Shown: positions 21,245 to 31,235, numbered from the stretch's first letter. The stretch is 64,000 nucleotides of DNA from an uncultured Fidelibacterota bacterium (GCA_913054425.1 CAJXJG010000001.1:9339-73338), one strand, 5' to 3'. Notes: generated by a model from the sequence alone, not told the origin. Numbers and translations: made by a program.

Positions 21245-23809
21245 ATGAGAGTTAGTCGACTGACGTTGTTATTGCTTTTTGTTTTTTTTGGAAAAATATC
21301 AGCCATAGAGAACAATTCAGGCCAGAGCTTGGATAGTACAAAAGTTGTTAAAGAAGACTCCACAAAAAAAACGATTGAGTCTTTGGACCAAAAAGTAAAG
21401 GGGATGACAAAATTTGACGGGTTGTTTACATTTTATCAGGACACAACAGACGGCAACTTGTTTATGCTGATAAAAAAAAGTCAGGAAGGTGAAGAATTTA
21501 TTTATTTTGTCCAGTCAGTAGATGGCATCGTGGACGTGCGGTTTAATCGTGGATCTTATAGGCAAAGTAGAATTTTTTCCATACAGAAGTATTTTAATAG
21601 AATAGAGCTAGTCAATGAAAACGTGTCCTTTTATTTTGACCCAGATAATGCGATAAGCCGTGCGAAGAGCGCGAATATAAGTGCTTCAATTATGGCGTCC
21701 CAAAAAATAGTTGCAATGGATTCGCTAAAAAATAAATTTTTGGTAGAAGCAGATGGAATCTTTTTAAACGAAAGCCTTCAACAAATTAAACTACCCCCCC
21801 CCTTAGGTAAAGAAGAGAATAAGCGGTTTAATCTTGGGAATTTAAATAAAGAAAAGAGCAAATATATAGCAGTTAAAAACTATCCTATGAATTCTGATGT
21901 TATTGTACAATATACTTATGATAATCCCACACCACAAAACAGAGGAAGAAGCGGCATTACAGATCCGCGCTCTGTTAATATTACACTCAGACACAGCTTT
22001 TTAAAAGTCCCTGATAATGATTATATGCCACGCTTAGACGACCCTCGTGTCGGTTATTTTACAACCAGAGTAACAGACATGACATCCACAAGCGTAGCCC
22101 CCTATCGAGACCTGATTCACCGCTGGAACCTTAAGAAAAAGAAACCACAGGAGAAGTTATCAGAACCAGTTGTACCTGTCGTTTTCTGGATTGAAAATAC
22201 CACACCAGATGAATTTAGACCTGCAGTAGAGGAAGGCGTGTTGGCTTGGAACAAAGCATTTGAAAAGGCAGGATTTGAGAATGCGGTTCAGGTAAAAACA
22301 CAGCCGGACGATGCTGAGTGGGACGCAGGAGATATTCGCTACAATGTCATTAGATGGACATCTTCGCCCAGTCCGCCTTTTGGTGGTTATGGTCCAAGCT
22401 TTGTTAATCCTAGAACCGGTGAGATTTTGGGTGCGGATATTATGATGGAATATGTTTATTTCACCAACCGCGTTAAATATGATTATTTGTTTAAACAAGA
22501 ACCGGCTGAGTTTGATGAAAATAATTGTAATGCAGGCGAATTTATTCATCAGGGGAATTTATTTGGAACGACCGCTATAAATTTTGTGTCAAATAAAGAG
22601 CTATTAGCAAAAGAATTGATAAGGCAATCCTTGGTCCGTTTGGTGCTTCATGAAGTTGGACACACAATAGGACTTAACCACAATTTTAAATCCAGCTATC
22701 TTCATGACAATATTGATATTCACAACAAAGAGCTTACAAAGAAAGTTGGTCTTACGGGTTCTGTTATGGATTATACACCTGTAAATCTATCATTAGAGAG
22801 AGAAAAACAAGGACAATATTACTCAACAGTTCCAGGCACTTATGATGATTGGGCTGTTGAATTTGGATATTCGCCAACCGTAAACAATGTAGATCAGGAA
22901 AAAATTAGAATTAATGATATTCTTTCTCGTTCTGTCGAGAGGGAACTTCTGTTTGGTAATGATGCTGACGACATGAGATCTCCGGGGAAGGGAATAGACC
23001 CAAGAGCAATGATCGGCGATCTATCAAGCAACCCGATTGAATACTCAGAGAAAAGAATTGAATTGATTAATATTCTTATGGAGGGCCTGAAGGAGCAATA
23101 TACTATTGCCGGAGAATCTTTTCATGGACTGAGAAATGCTTATTATATTTTAATTAGAGAATATAGAAATTCATTAACTGCTGTTTCCCGGTTTGTTGGG
23201 GGTGTTTATGTAGACCGTTCTTTTGTTGGTCAGGAAAGCACAGACATGCCTTATGAACCAGTTTCTTATGAAACGCAAAAATATGCAATGTCTGTTTTAG
23301 AGAATCTCTTGTTTTCTCCAGGCGCGCTTAAAATGCCGGAAGTGCTCGCTAATCATCTTCAGCAGCAGAGACGTGGTTTTGATTTTTTTGGACAAACTGA
23401 AGATCCAAAAATCCATGAAATAGTACTGGGTATTCAAAAATCAGTTTTAGATCATTTGCTTCATGTAAATGTGTTAAAAAGGCTTAGTGATTCACAACTG
23501 TATGGAAACGAATACAGGCTAAACGAAATGTTGCAAGATTTGACAGCCTCAGTATTTCAGGAGGATTCAAAAACACAGGTTAACACCTACCGGCAAAATC
23601 TGCAGGTTGAGTATGTAAACAGACTGATTAAAATAGCAGGATTACAAAAGGAATCTTCCTATGATTATTTATCACAGGCAGGGGCCTTGGAAAATCTTAA
23701 AAACGTTTTACAGTTGGTTTCAAAAAGAATTAGGGCTGATTCAGAGACAAAGATTCACCGTAATTTTATAGTATACAAAATATCAACAGCTTTTGACGAA
23801 AAACAATAG
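21245..23809 (+). CDS. secreted zinc-dependent metalloprotease (large DUF4953/DUF5117-type family)
   Basis: Signal peptide. HEVGHTIGLNHNF zinc site followed by GSVMDY. 854 aa. AGGAGAG lies upstream of the ATG. Confidence 0.8.
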   Translation: MRVSRLTLLLLFVFFGKISAIENNSGQSLDSTKVVKEDSTKKTIESLDQKVKGMTKFDGLFTFYQDTTDGNLFMLIKKSQEGEEFIYFVQSVDGIVDVRFNRGSYRQSRIFSIQKYFNRIELVNENVSFYFDPDNAISRAKSANISASIMASQKIVAMDSLKNKFLVEADGIFLNESLQQIKLPPPLGKEENKRFNLGNLNKEKSKYIAVKNYPMNSDVIVQYTYDNPTPQNRGRSGITDPRSVNITLRHSFLKVPDNDYMPRLDDPRVGYFTTRVTDMTSTSVAPYRDLIHRWNLKKKKPQEKLSEPVVPVVFWIENTTPDEFRPAVEEGVLAWNKAFEKAGFENAVQVKTQPDDAEWDAGDIRYNVIRWTSSPSPPFGGYGPSFVNPRTGEILGADIMMEYVYFTNRVKYDYLFKQEPAEFDENNCNAGEFIHQGNLFGTTAINFVSNKELLAKELIRQSLVRLVLHEVGHTIGLNHNFKSSYLHDNIDIHNKELTKKVGLTGSVMDYTPVNLSLEREKQGQYYSTVPGTYDDWAVEFGYSPTVNNVDQEKIRINDILSRSVERELLFGNDADDMRSPGKGIDPRAMIGDLSSNPIEYSEKRIELINILMEGLKEQYTIAGESFHGLRNAYYILIREYRNSLTAVSRFVGGVYVDRSFVGQESTDMPYEPVSYETQKYAMSVLENLLFSPGALKMPEVLANHLQQQRRGFDFFGQTEDPKIHEIVLGIQKSVLDHLLHVNVLKRLSDSQLYGNEYRLNEMLQDLTASVFQEDSKTQVNTYRQNLQVEYVNRLIKIAGLQKESSYDYLSQAGALENLKNVLQLVSKRIRADSETKIHRNFIVYKISTAFDEKQ
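21794..21802 (+). repeat. C9 homopolymer inside the metalloprotease CDS (encodes PPP)
   Basis: cta ccc ccc ccc tta, read directly. It is the longest G/C homopolymer I noticed in this AT-rich window. Confidence 0.9.
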
Positions 23810-24284
23810 ACAGAAAAGATCCGTCTCCAAAAAACGAGAAATTATTGGTATTGCTGCTGTTACCGCCAATGGCTATATAGCAAGACATAGTAACGAGCAG
23901 ATACTATGGTCTAAAGATCTCGCTCTATTTAAAAAACAGACCCGTAATTGTCCGGTTATTATGGGTTCAAACACCTATAGAACACTGGTGAGTAGTTTGC
24001 CAAACCGGGAAATGGTTGTTGTTAACAGGAAAGATACTCCAGAAGATATTTTGAAAAGGATCCACGCAAGGCGATGTTTTGTTATTGGAGGTGGGCGCAC
24101 ATACACAAAATTTTCTTCCTATTTGACACACCTTTATTTAACGATACATCCCCTCATTTTTGCAAAAGGCATTAGCTTGTTTGTGAACCTTGAAAAAAAG
24201 ATTTTAATTTCTTTTATTAAAATGGTTCCTGTAGTAGCAAAGGAAGGTGTTTTTCAATTTCAATATAAAGTTGAACAACGCTAG
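23793..24284 (+). CDS. folA: dihydrofolate reductase
   Basis: IGIAAVTANGYIA ... LWSKDLALFKKQTRNCPVIMGSNTYRTL ... VIGGGRTY matches the FolA layout. The only canonical start is the TTG at 23793, which overlaps the upstream gene by 17 nt, so the start is uncertain. Confidence 0.7.
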   Translation: MTKNNRQKRSVSKKREIIGIAAVTANGYIARHSNEQILWSKDLALFKKQTRNCPVIMGSNTYRTLVSSLPNREMVVVNRKDTPEDILKRIHARRCFVIGGGRTYTKFSSYLTHLYLTIHPLIFAKGISLFVNLEKKILISFIKMVPVVAKEGVFQFQYKVEQR

Positions 24285-24428
24285 TTTTTTCATGCTTGTC
24301 TGGTACTTTTTATAAAAAACATTGTTTTTTATATTCTTTTTGATACTTATGAGCAATTCCCATCATTTCTATCCAAAAACATACACTGTCTTTTTTAAAT
24401 TAAAAATAGACTGACCTGACGGAGGATC

Positions 24429-26846
24429 ATGGGTAAGCGCTCAATTACAATAATGATCATTTTTGCCTGTTGCGTTTTTTTAGGGTATATAATAACAAGG
24501 GTGCTTATCTACCAAGAGTTGCCGGTATATGAAGGCAGCATTACTGTGGCAGGAATAGAGGACACAGTAGAGGTTTTTACCGATCAATTCGGCGTTCCTC
24601 ATGTATTTGCAGAGAACGAAGACGATTTGTTTTTTACTGCAGGCTATATCGCAGCACGGGAAAGACTGTTTCAAATGTCCATGGTTTCATATGCTGTCCG
24701 CGGGGAACTGGCGTCTATGTTGGGAGATGAATATCTTGCTACAGATATTTATTTACGGACATGGAGGATACGTGACGTATCAAAAAAAATAACAGAAGCA
24801 ATGGATGTGGAAACCAAAAAAATACTGAGCTCATTTTGTAAAGGGATCAATGTTTGGATAGATGAGAGCGGGGACAACTTACCGTTAGAATTCAGAATAT
24901 TGGGTATAAAGCCGCGGCACTGGGAACCTTCCAATGTTGTTGGATATGCCAGGATGATGGCGCACGAGCTTCAGTCTTCATGGAAAGCAGAAATTGTTTA
25001 CGGGGCTGTGTTGCAATATTTTGGGGTGAATAAACTTGCTGAAATCTATCCAGAATATGGTGATTCACAGCCAATTATATCTGAACAGTTGAAAAACAAA
25101 AAGATTAAACTTGTGTATAATCAAATTTTGGAGAAGGAATTTTTTCTTCGAAACCTTCTTGGTTTCAGATCCCCAAACATAGGTTCAAACAGCTGGGTCC
25201 TCTCCGGAAAAATGACTGAAACCGGGTTGCCATTTTTAGCAAATGACCCTCATTTGGATTTTACTCAGCCGGCAAGGTGGTATGAAATGCACCTGAAGGG
25301 AGGAAGGTTTAATGTAAGCGGCGTGTGTATGGCAGGAATTCCTGTCCCTATTATTGGACAAAACGAAACCTGTGCCTGGGGGTTTACAAACAGCATGGTT
25401 GATGATGTTGATTTTTTTCTTGAAACAATCAATCCAAATAATCCCAATCAATACAAAAGCGGAGACAGTTGGTTGGATATGGAATTAATAAAGGAAACCA
25501 TATTATTAAAAGACGGAACGGACACAACTATAGTTGTTCGGTTAACACATCACGGGCCCATAATAAGCGATATTCATCCACTCTTAAGGGGAGAGAATAC
25601 GGCGATGTCAATGGCCTGGACAGGGCATTGGAATACAAAGGAGATTGATGGTTTTTTCACATTAAATCTAATGAAAAATTGGGAGGATTTTACGGAAGCG
25701 GCACGCCTGTTTGGCGTTCCAGGACAAAATATGATTTATGCTGATGTAGCTGGGAATATAGGCTGGCGTCCTGCGGTATATATACCGCTCCGGAAAAAGG
25801 GAGAAAGTCTCATTCCAAGACCAGGAGATGACCCGGCATATGACTGGCACGGAAAAGTACCCTTTGAGGAAATGCCATATATATTGAATCCTGACCATGG
25901 TTACATTGTTACAGCAAACAATAAAATTATTGATGAAACTTTTCCGTATTATATCTCAGGGTTATGGGCTGATCCAAGCCGGGCGGAGCGGATTTTAGAG
26001 AGAGTTAAATCCGTTGCCAGCGCAACCGTAAATGATATGCAGTCAATCCAGTTGGATGTTACGTCTCCATTTGCCCGGGAAATTATTCCCTATTTTTTAG
26101 CAACTGAAACTGGAAAAGAGAAAGAGAGCTTGCGGAAAGTGTATGGGTTATTAAAAAAATGGAATGGAGAAGAGTCAATACAGTCTGCAGCTGCGTTGTT
26201 ATTTCAGTCGGCATTAAATAGACTCATTAGAAATATTTATGGGGATGAGATGTCCGTGCTTGGCCCACATTATTTAGAAGCATTCATAGGGATGAAATAT
26301 TTACACACGAGAAACTTGCGGGATATTTTGAAAAGTGGTAATTCGTCCTGGTTTGATGATATTAGAACGGTCAATATTGTTGAATCCAGAGACGAAATTT
26401 TATTAAAGTCATTGAAAGAAGCTGTCAACAGGTTGGAAACACAGGTTGGTACAAACATAGCCAGTTGGAAGTGGGGTTATGAACACACCCTGACTCATCC
26501 CCATGTTTTAGGGAACATAAAACTGTTAGACTGGCTGTTCAGGTTTAATGTAGGTCCATACCCTTCCGGGGGTTCGGACAAGACACCGAATGCGGGAGGG
26601 TATTCATTTAACAAACCATTCAAACAAACAGCAGGTGCCTCTATGCGGAGAATTGTGGATTTCAGCACATTAAACCGTACGCGCATGGTTTTACCCACAG
26701 GACAATCAGGTCTTTATAATAGTCCGCACTACCGTGATCAGGCTGAACTTTATCACAACGGAAAATACCGGATCACCCACTTTGATGAAGGGTTTATTAG
26801 AACCAGCGATAATTACAGGCGGCTGATCTTGGTCCCGAAAAAATAA
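24429..26846 (+). CDS. penicillin acylase family Ntn-hydrolase (penicillin/AHL acylase-like)
   Basis: 805 aa with an N-terminal TM/signal segment. Family blocks include FFTAGYIAARERLFQM and the beta-subunit nucleophile context GSNSWVLSG. GGAGGA lies upstream of the ATG. Confidence 0.85.
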   Translation: MGKRSITIMIIFACCVFLGYIITRVLIYQELPVYEGSITVAGIEDTVEVFTDQFGVPHVFAENEDDLFFTAGYIAARERLFQMSMVSYAVRGELASMLGDEYLATDIYLRTWRIRDVSKKITEAMDVETKKILSSFCKGINVWIDESGDNLPLEFRILGIKPRHWEPSNVVGYARMMAHELQSSWKAEIVYGAVLQYFGVNKLAEIYPEYGDSQPIISEQLKNKKIKLVYNQILEKEFFLRNLLGFRSPNIGSNSWVLSGKMTETGLPFLANDPHLDFTQPARWYEMHLKGGRFNVSGVCMAGIPVPIIGQNETCAWGFTNSMVDDVDFFLETINPNNPNQYKSGDSWLDMELIKETILLKDGTDTTIVVRLTHHGPIISDIHPLLRGENTAMSMAWTGHWNTKEIDGFFTLNLMKNWEDFTEAARLFGVPGQNMIYADVAGNIGWRPAVYIPLRKKGESLIPRPGDDPAYDWHGKVPFEEMPYILNPDHGYIVTANNKIIDETFPYYISGLWADPSRAERILERVKSVASATVNDMQSIQLDVTSPFAREIIPYFLATETGKEKESLRKVYGLLKKWNGEESIQSAAALLFQSALNRLIRNIYGDEMSVLGPHYLEAFIGMKYLHTRNLRDILKSGNSSWFDDIRTVNIVESRDEILLKSLKEAVNRLETQVGTNIASWKWGYEHTLTHPHVLGNIKLLDWLFRFNVGPYPSGGSDKTPNAGGYSFNKPFKQTAGASMRRIVDFSTLNRTRMVLPTGQSGLYNSPHYRDQAELYHNGKYRITHFDEGFIRTSDNYRRLILVPKK

Positions 26847-26848
26847 TC

Positions 26849-27634
26849 ATGGGAGTCCTTGTTGCGGTAATTATTATAGCCATAGGTATTAGATACATTT
26901 TCTTTTGGAAACCTATAAATACAAAGGAAATTTTTGATTCTACACCAATTATAATAGCACATAGGGGAACGCTTACGGATATTCCAGAAAACACATTAGA
27001 GTCATTTAGCACTGCAATTGCCAACGGTTTCAAGGCGATTGAAGTGGATGTGTGCAGCACGCGGGATAAAACCGTTATATGTTCACATAATATTGATCTG
27101 GAAAGAGAAACGGACGGACAGGGATTTATTGATGAGATTAATTATCAGGAAGTAAAGCAGGCAAAAGCGGGTATTTATTCTCATCCAAAGCAGACAAAAG
27201 AAATTCTCACGCTGTATGATTTATTGAAAGAAATCCCTCAGGGTATTTTGGTGAACATTGAAATAAAAACCACCAGCCCCTGGAGTGTTGGCACTGCCTT
27301 GGGGGTGGTCAGGCTGATAAAGGCCAGAAGGATTACTCAAACAGTAATTATATCCAGTTTTAATCCTATTGTTCTTTGGTTAATAAAGTTATTAGCTCCC
27401 AACATTGTTACGGGATATTTATTTAAAACAACACAACACCTTTGGGCGATTCATTTCTTTCATCCTGACTGTCTCCACCCTGAGGCTGGAATTGTAACCC
27501 AGGAACTTGTAAACAGGTCCCATGACCTTGGTCAGCGGGTTAGTGTGTGGACCGTGAACAGTCTCCCCGGTAAGCGCTGGCTGAAAAAATTAAATGTAGA
27601 TGGAATCATCACAAATTATTATTCAGAAAACTAA
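26849..27634 (+). CDS. glycerophosphodiester phosphodiesterase family protein (membrane-anchored)
   Basis: N-terminal TM helix. GDPD motif IIAHRG..DIPENTLESF...AIEVDV...HN. Confidence 0.8.
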   Translation: MGVLVAVIIIAIGIRYIFFWKPINTKEIFDSTPIIIAHRGTLTDIPENTLESFSTAIANGFKAIEVDVCSTRDKTVICSHNIDLERETDGQGFIDEINYQEVKQAKAGIYSHPKQTKEILTLYDLLKEIPQGILVNIEIKTTSPWSVGTALGVVRLIKARRITQTVIISSFNPIVLWLIKLLAPNIVTGYLFKTTQHLWAIHFFHPDCLHPEAGIVTQELVNRSHDLGQRVSVWTVNSLPGKRWLKKLNVDGIITNYYSEN

Positions 27635-29187
27635 TGTCTGAAGCAGCGAACTCCGGTAAAGGTCATAGCAATGTCATATTCATTGCAAGCAGCGATAATT
27701 TCTTGATCTCGAATTGATCCGCCGGGCTGTATAACAGTTGTAATCCCCGAATCTTTTATCGCATCAATGCTGTCACGGAAAGGGAAAAAGGCATCAGAAG
27801 CCAAGACGCCGCCTTTCACATCTTTACCGCCTTTTCGAAGCGCCATATGAACCGCATCTACCCGACTTACCTGCCCACCACCTAAACCAACTGTTGTGTT
27901 GTTTTTTGCAATTAGGATTCCATTGGATTTTGCATGACGCAATACTTTCCATGAAAACAAGGCTGTTTCTAATTCTTGTTCTGTTGGCTTTTTTTGTGTA
28001 ACTGTGTTTAAGTCTTCGAGTGTTAATGTGTTTATATCTGTATCTTGAACCAGAAGGCCCCCATCAATATAACGATATTCTAACTTCGCCTGGCGTTTTC
28101 CGAATTGTCCAATTTCTAAAATACGCAGGTTTTTTTTCTTTTTGAATATTTCCAATGCTTCCGAATCAAAACTAGGAGCCAGAACGATTTCCACAAATCC
28201 CCTTCTGATTTCTTCCGCAACGTCTTTTGTGCACGTGCGATTGAATGCAACAATGCCACCAAAAGCAGAAAGTGAATCGGCATTGAAAGCTCTCATGTAC
28301 ACATCAAGTAAGTTGTTACCCACAGCAACACCGCAAGGGCTGGCATGCTTCACAACCACGCAAGCCGTTTCATCAAATTCTCGTACACAGGCCAACGCGC
28401 CATCAGCATCCATAATATTATTATAGGAGAGCTGTTTTCCTTGGTGGAATTTGGCATTCAGAATGTTGGGTTCAGTATTTCCGGGTATCTTGTAAGCTGC
28501 GGCGAACTGGTGCGGGTTTTCTCCATACCGCATTGCAGAGTGCTTTTCAAATGTGAGTGAAAAATCGTCAGATAAGGTTTCTTCCTTCAAATAATTATGT
28601 ATAATGGTTTCGTATTGGGCCGTGTGACCAAAGGCTTTGGCGGACAGCTTTTTTCGCATATTGAAAGACAGCTCAACAGATGTATCAAGCGCATTTGTGA
28701 TGCGTGAATAATCTGCGGGATCTACCAAGGCGCAAACCCACCCGATGTTTTTGGCCGCCGAGCGAATCATGGTTGTACCGCCAATATCCACATTTTCCAG
28801 CGCCAAAGCTAAATCACAATCTTCTTTTAAAATGGTTTCTGAAAAAGGATAAAGATTGCAAACCACAAGGTCGATCCATTGAATATTATTGGCTTCAGCG
28901 TCATCGCTGTGTTTATCCCGAAGCCCGAGAATACCACCTCCTATCAACGGATTAATTGTCTTTACACGACCGTCCATAATCTCCGGGTATTGGGTATAAT
29001 CACTCACATCTGCAATTGGAACGTCATTATCTCGTAATGTTTTTGCTGTTCCACCAGTAGACAGAATTTCCACCCCAAGATTGGATAAGGCTTGTGCCAG
29101 TTCAACAACATTTGTTTTGTCAAATACAGAAATAAGCGCTCGTTTTATTTTGATCGGGTTTTGATTTAAAGTCGGATTGTTAATCAT
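27631..29187 (-). CDS. purH: bifunctional AICAR transformylase / IMP cyclohydrolase
   Basis: 518 aa. MGS-like N-terminus (RALISVFDKT, GGTAKTL) and C-terminal TGVRCFRH. The stop overlaps the convergent GDPD stop. Confidence 0.97.
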   Translation of the reverse strand: MINNPTLNQNPIKIKRALISVFDKTNVVELAQALSNLGVEILSTGGTAKTLRDNDVPIADVSDYTQYPEIMDGRVKTINPLIGGGILGLRDKHSDDAEANNIQWIDLVVCNLYPFSETILKEDCDLALALENVDIGGTTMIRSAAKNIGWVCALVDPADYSRITNALDTSVELSFNMRKKLSAKAFGHTAQYETIIHNYLKEETLSDDFSLTFEKHSAMRYGENPHQFAAAYKIPGNTEPNILNAKFHQGKQLSYNNIMDADGALACVREFDETACVVVKHASPCGVAVGNNLLDVYMRAFNADSLSAFGGIVAFNRTCTKDVAEEIRRGFVEIVLAPSFDSEALEIFKKKKNLRILEIGQFGKRQAKLEYRYIDGGLLVQDTDINTLTLEDLNTVTQKKPTEQELETALFSWKVLRHAKSNGILIAKNNTTVGLGGGQVSRVDAVHMALRKGGKDVKGGVLASDAFFPFRDSIDAIKDSGITTVIQPGGSIRDQEIIAACNEYDIAMTFTGVRCFRH

Positions 29188-29188
29188 A

Positions 29189-29255
29189 GTGTTTTTAAAA
29201 GTGTTTTAGTGTTTGGGTGTTTATGTGTTAAAGAGAAGAGGCTTTGCATGAACAC
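29189..29255 (-). repeat. purN-purH spacer repeats: five GTGTT (AACAC in gene sense) plus one opposed AACAC
   Basis: GTGTT at 29189, 29201, 29209, 29217 and 29225 (spacing 12, 8, 8, 8 nt). AACAC at 29251-29255. The last copy abuts the purH ATG. Confidence 0.8.
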
Positions 29256-29263
29256 TTTAACTC

Positions 29264-29848
29264 TTAAATACGTTCAAACTTTTTAATCGCTTCAATAAAA
29301 GCTTCTCCTTCTAGTTGTTGAACTTTTGTTTTTAACGTATCCACGGTGTCATGGGAATCTATATTACATTTTTTCTGAATTAATATCGGACCACCATCGA
29401 CCTCATTTGTAACAAAATGGATGGTACACCCCGTTTCTGTTTCACCATTTTTTAATACTTCTTTATGAACATTCGTATCCATCCCACCGGCATATTTTGG
29501 AAGTAAAGACGGGTGCACATTCAGAAGTTTGTCGCGCCATTCTCTACAAAACCCTGCGGACAAAATTCGCATGAACCCGACAAGAAAAACCAAACCAACA
29601 TTATGACTCTTTAAAACAGTGGTCATTTCAGAGTCAAATTTTTCACGAGTTTTGCCTTTGTGGGAGATAAAAAATGCCGGTACGGAATGATTTTTCGCCC
29701 GCTCCAATATGTAGGCCTTCTTCCGATTCGAAAGAACCACAGAAACATCAGCATTCAACTCTCCGAGAGCAATAGCATCTAATATGGACTGAAGATCGGT
29801 TCCGTTGGTGGAGCCAAGGACGCCTAATCGTATCGTATTGGTATTCAT
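29264..29848 (-). CDS. purN: phosphoribosylglycinamide formyltransferase
   Basis: 194 aa with GSTNGTDLQSILDA, the NVHPSLLPKYAGG active-site block and VDGGPI. Confidence 0.93.
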   Translation of the reverse strand: MNTNTIRLGVLGSTNGTDLQSILDAIALGELNADVSVVLSNRKKAYILERAKNHSVPAFFISHKGKTREKFDSEMTTVLKSHNVGLVFLVGFMRILSAGFCREWRDKLLNVHPSLLPKYAGGMDTNVHKEVLKNGETETGCTIHFVTNEVDGGPILIQKKCNIDSHDTVDTLKTKVQQLEGEAFIEAIKKFERI

Positions 29849-29909
29849 GTGTTCGGGTGTTCAAGTATTAACGTTAAAAAATAACCAGTGACAGCTAACA
29901 CCTTAACAC
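29849..29909 (-). repeat. purD-purN spacer bipartite inverted repeat (GTGTTnnGGTGTT / AACACCnnAACAC)
   Basis: The arms at 29849-29861 and 29897-29909 match 11/13 as reverse complements. In gene sense the 5' arm starts directly after the purD stop and the 3' arm ends directly at the purN ATG. Confidence 0.85.
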
Positions 29910-31235
29910 CTAAATACTTTCGCGTTTTAATTTTTTCATATGCTCAATTCGTTTTTGAATCGCCGCGTTAGTCCCAATATCCGTTCTGTGAAACAACGGA
30001 CCAGAAATAGATAAAACCTCTTTTTCTGCAATTGTTTCCGCTTCAGAAATCGTATCTGCAATTCCCACAACGGCGATTGTTCGACTCCCCGCCTCTACTA
30101 GGATTGTTTCTTTAAAATCAACAGATGCATAAAATAACCTATAGTGGTTTTTGATTTTAGATACATCAATTGGTTCGCCTTTTATAGGATTGTCCGGATA
30201 GCCTTCCGGCACAGCATATTTACAAACGGTGGCTTTGGTTGAAAATCGAACATCAACTTTATCTAATGTGCCATCAGTGATACTGGTACAAATTTCAATA
30301 AAATCTGATTCGAGTAAAGATAAAACATTTATGGCTTCCGGATCGCCAAGCCGGGCATTGTATTCAATGAGCTTTACGCCGTTTGCTGTGGACATAAACC
30401 CACCGTAAAGGATTCCTTTGTAGCCTTCGCCGAATTTATCTTTTACCGCTTGGACGGTTTTATTGTTGATTTCCTGTGCTTGAGAAATATCATAATCCGT
30501 TAAAAATGGAAGCGAATGATTGGCGTCAGAATAGGCTCCCATACCGCCGGTATTTGGACCCACATCTTCATCGTAAGCGCGTTTGTGATCTTGCACGATG
30601 GGCATATGTTTCAACACATTACCATCACAAAAACTCATGAGTGAAAATTCTTCTCCGATGAATTTTTCTTCAATAACAAATTTACCGTTATTATTTACTA
30701 ATTCTTGACAATAAGCTAACGCTTCAGAGCGTGAATGCAAATGATCGCCAGACACTTTTACGCCCTTACCGCCGGCAAGACCATTATACTTTACCACATA
30801 ATTGTTTCCCAATCTTTTTAAGAAATCTGCCACACCTTCCATGGAATTGAATGTTTGATATTTGGGTCCGCCGGGAATGTTGTATTCTTTCAGCAAATCC
30901 CGAGCAAACGATTTGGATGTTTCCAGTTGAGCTAAATCTTTTTTTGGGCCAACCACTTTAATGCCAGCGTCCCAAAGCGCATCGGCTACGCCGTTTGCCA
31001 GGGGGTTTTCTGGTCCGATGATTGCCAGCGTTGCACCTACTTTCTTTGTATGGCTCACCACAAAACTAGGGTCGTTGAAATTTCCGATTAAGATTTTATC
31101 ACAGAGCTCAGCAATCCCGGGGTTCATATTGGAAGCCAGACAATAAATCTCTTTTTCTTTGGGGGATCGATACAAAGCGCGGACAATGGCATGTTCCCTG
31201 GCACCGGAACCAATAACTAAAATTTTATTTTTCAT
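29910..31235 (-). CDS. purD: phosphoribosylamine-glycine ligase
   Basis: 441 aa with MKNKILVIGSGAREHAI, an ATP-grasp core and the conserved LIEYNARLGDPE block. Confidence 0.95.
   Translation of the reverse strand: MKNKILVIGSGAREHAIVRALYRSPKEKEIYCLASNMNPGIAELCDKILIGNFNDPSFVVSHTKKVGATLAIIGPENPLANGVADALWDAGIKVVGPKKDLAQLETSKSFARDLLKEYNIPGGPKYQTFNSMEGVADFLKRLGNNYVVKYNGLAGGKGVKVSGDHLHSRSEALAYCQELVNNNGKFVIEEKFIGEEFSLMSFCDGNVLKHMPIVQDHKRAYDEDVGPNTGGMGAYSDANHSLPFLTDYDISQAQEINNKTVQAVKDKFGEGYKGILYGGFMSTANGVKLIEYNARLGDPEAINVLSLLESDFIEICTSITDGTLDKVDVRFSTKATVCKYAVPEGYPDNPIKGEPIDVSKIKNHYRLFYASVDFKETILVEAGSRTIAVVGIADTISEAETIAEKEVLSISGPLFHRTDIGTNAAIQKRIEHMKKLKRESI

Noticed and set aside
24312-24332. ATAAAAAACAtTGTTTTTTAT palindrome after folA as a terminator
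   Set aside because: The stem is almost pure A/T with a 1-nt centre and would not form a stable hairpin. I could not call any convincing GC-rich rho-independent terminator in this window.
29189-29229. GTGTT array as a mini CRISPR or tandem-repeat locus
   Set aside because: The units are 5 nt with 3-7 nt spacers and occupy a 76-nt operon spacer. This is far below CRISPR repeat and spacer dimensions, and no cas genes are present.
29846-29862. CCGAAC core in GAACACCCGAACACATG as a Bacillus-type PurBox
   Set aside because: The flanks do not fit AWWWCCGAACWWT (several mismatches). No second inverted PurBox lies at the required spacing, and no purR gene is nearby. The repeat-and-hairpin reading explains it better.
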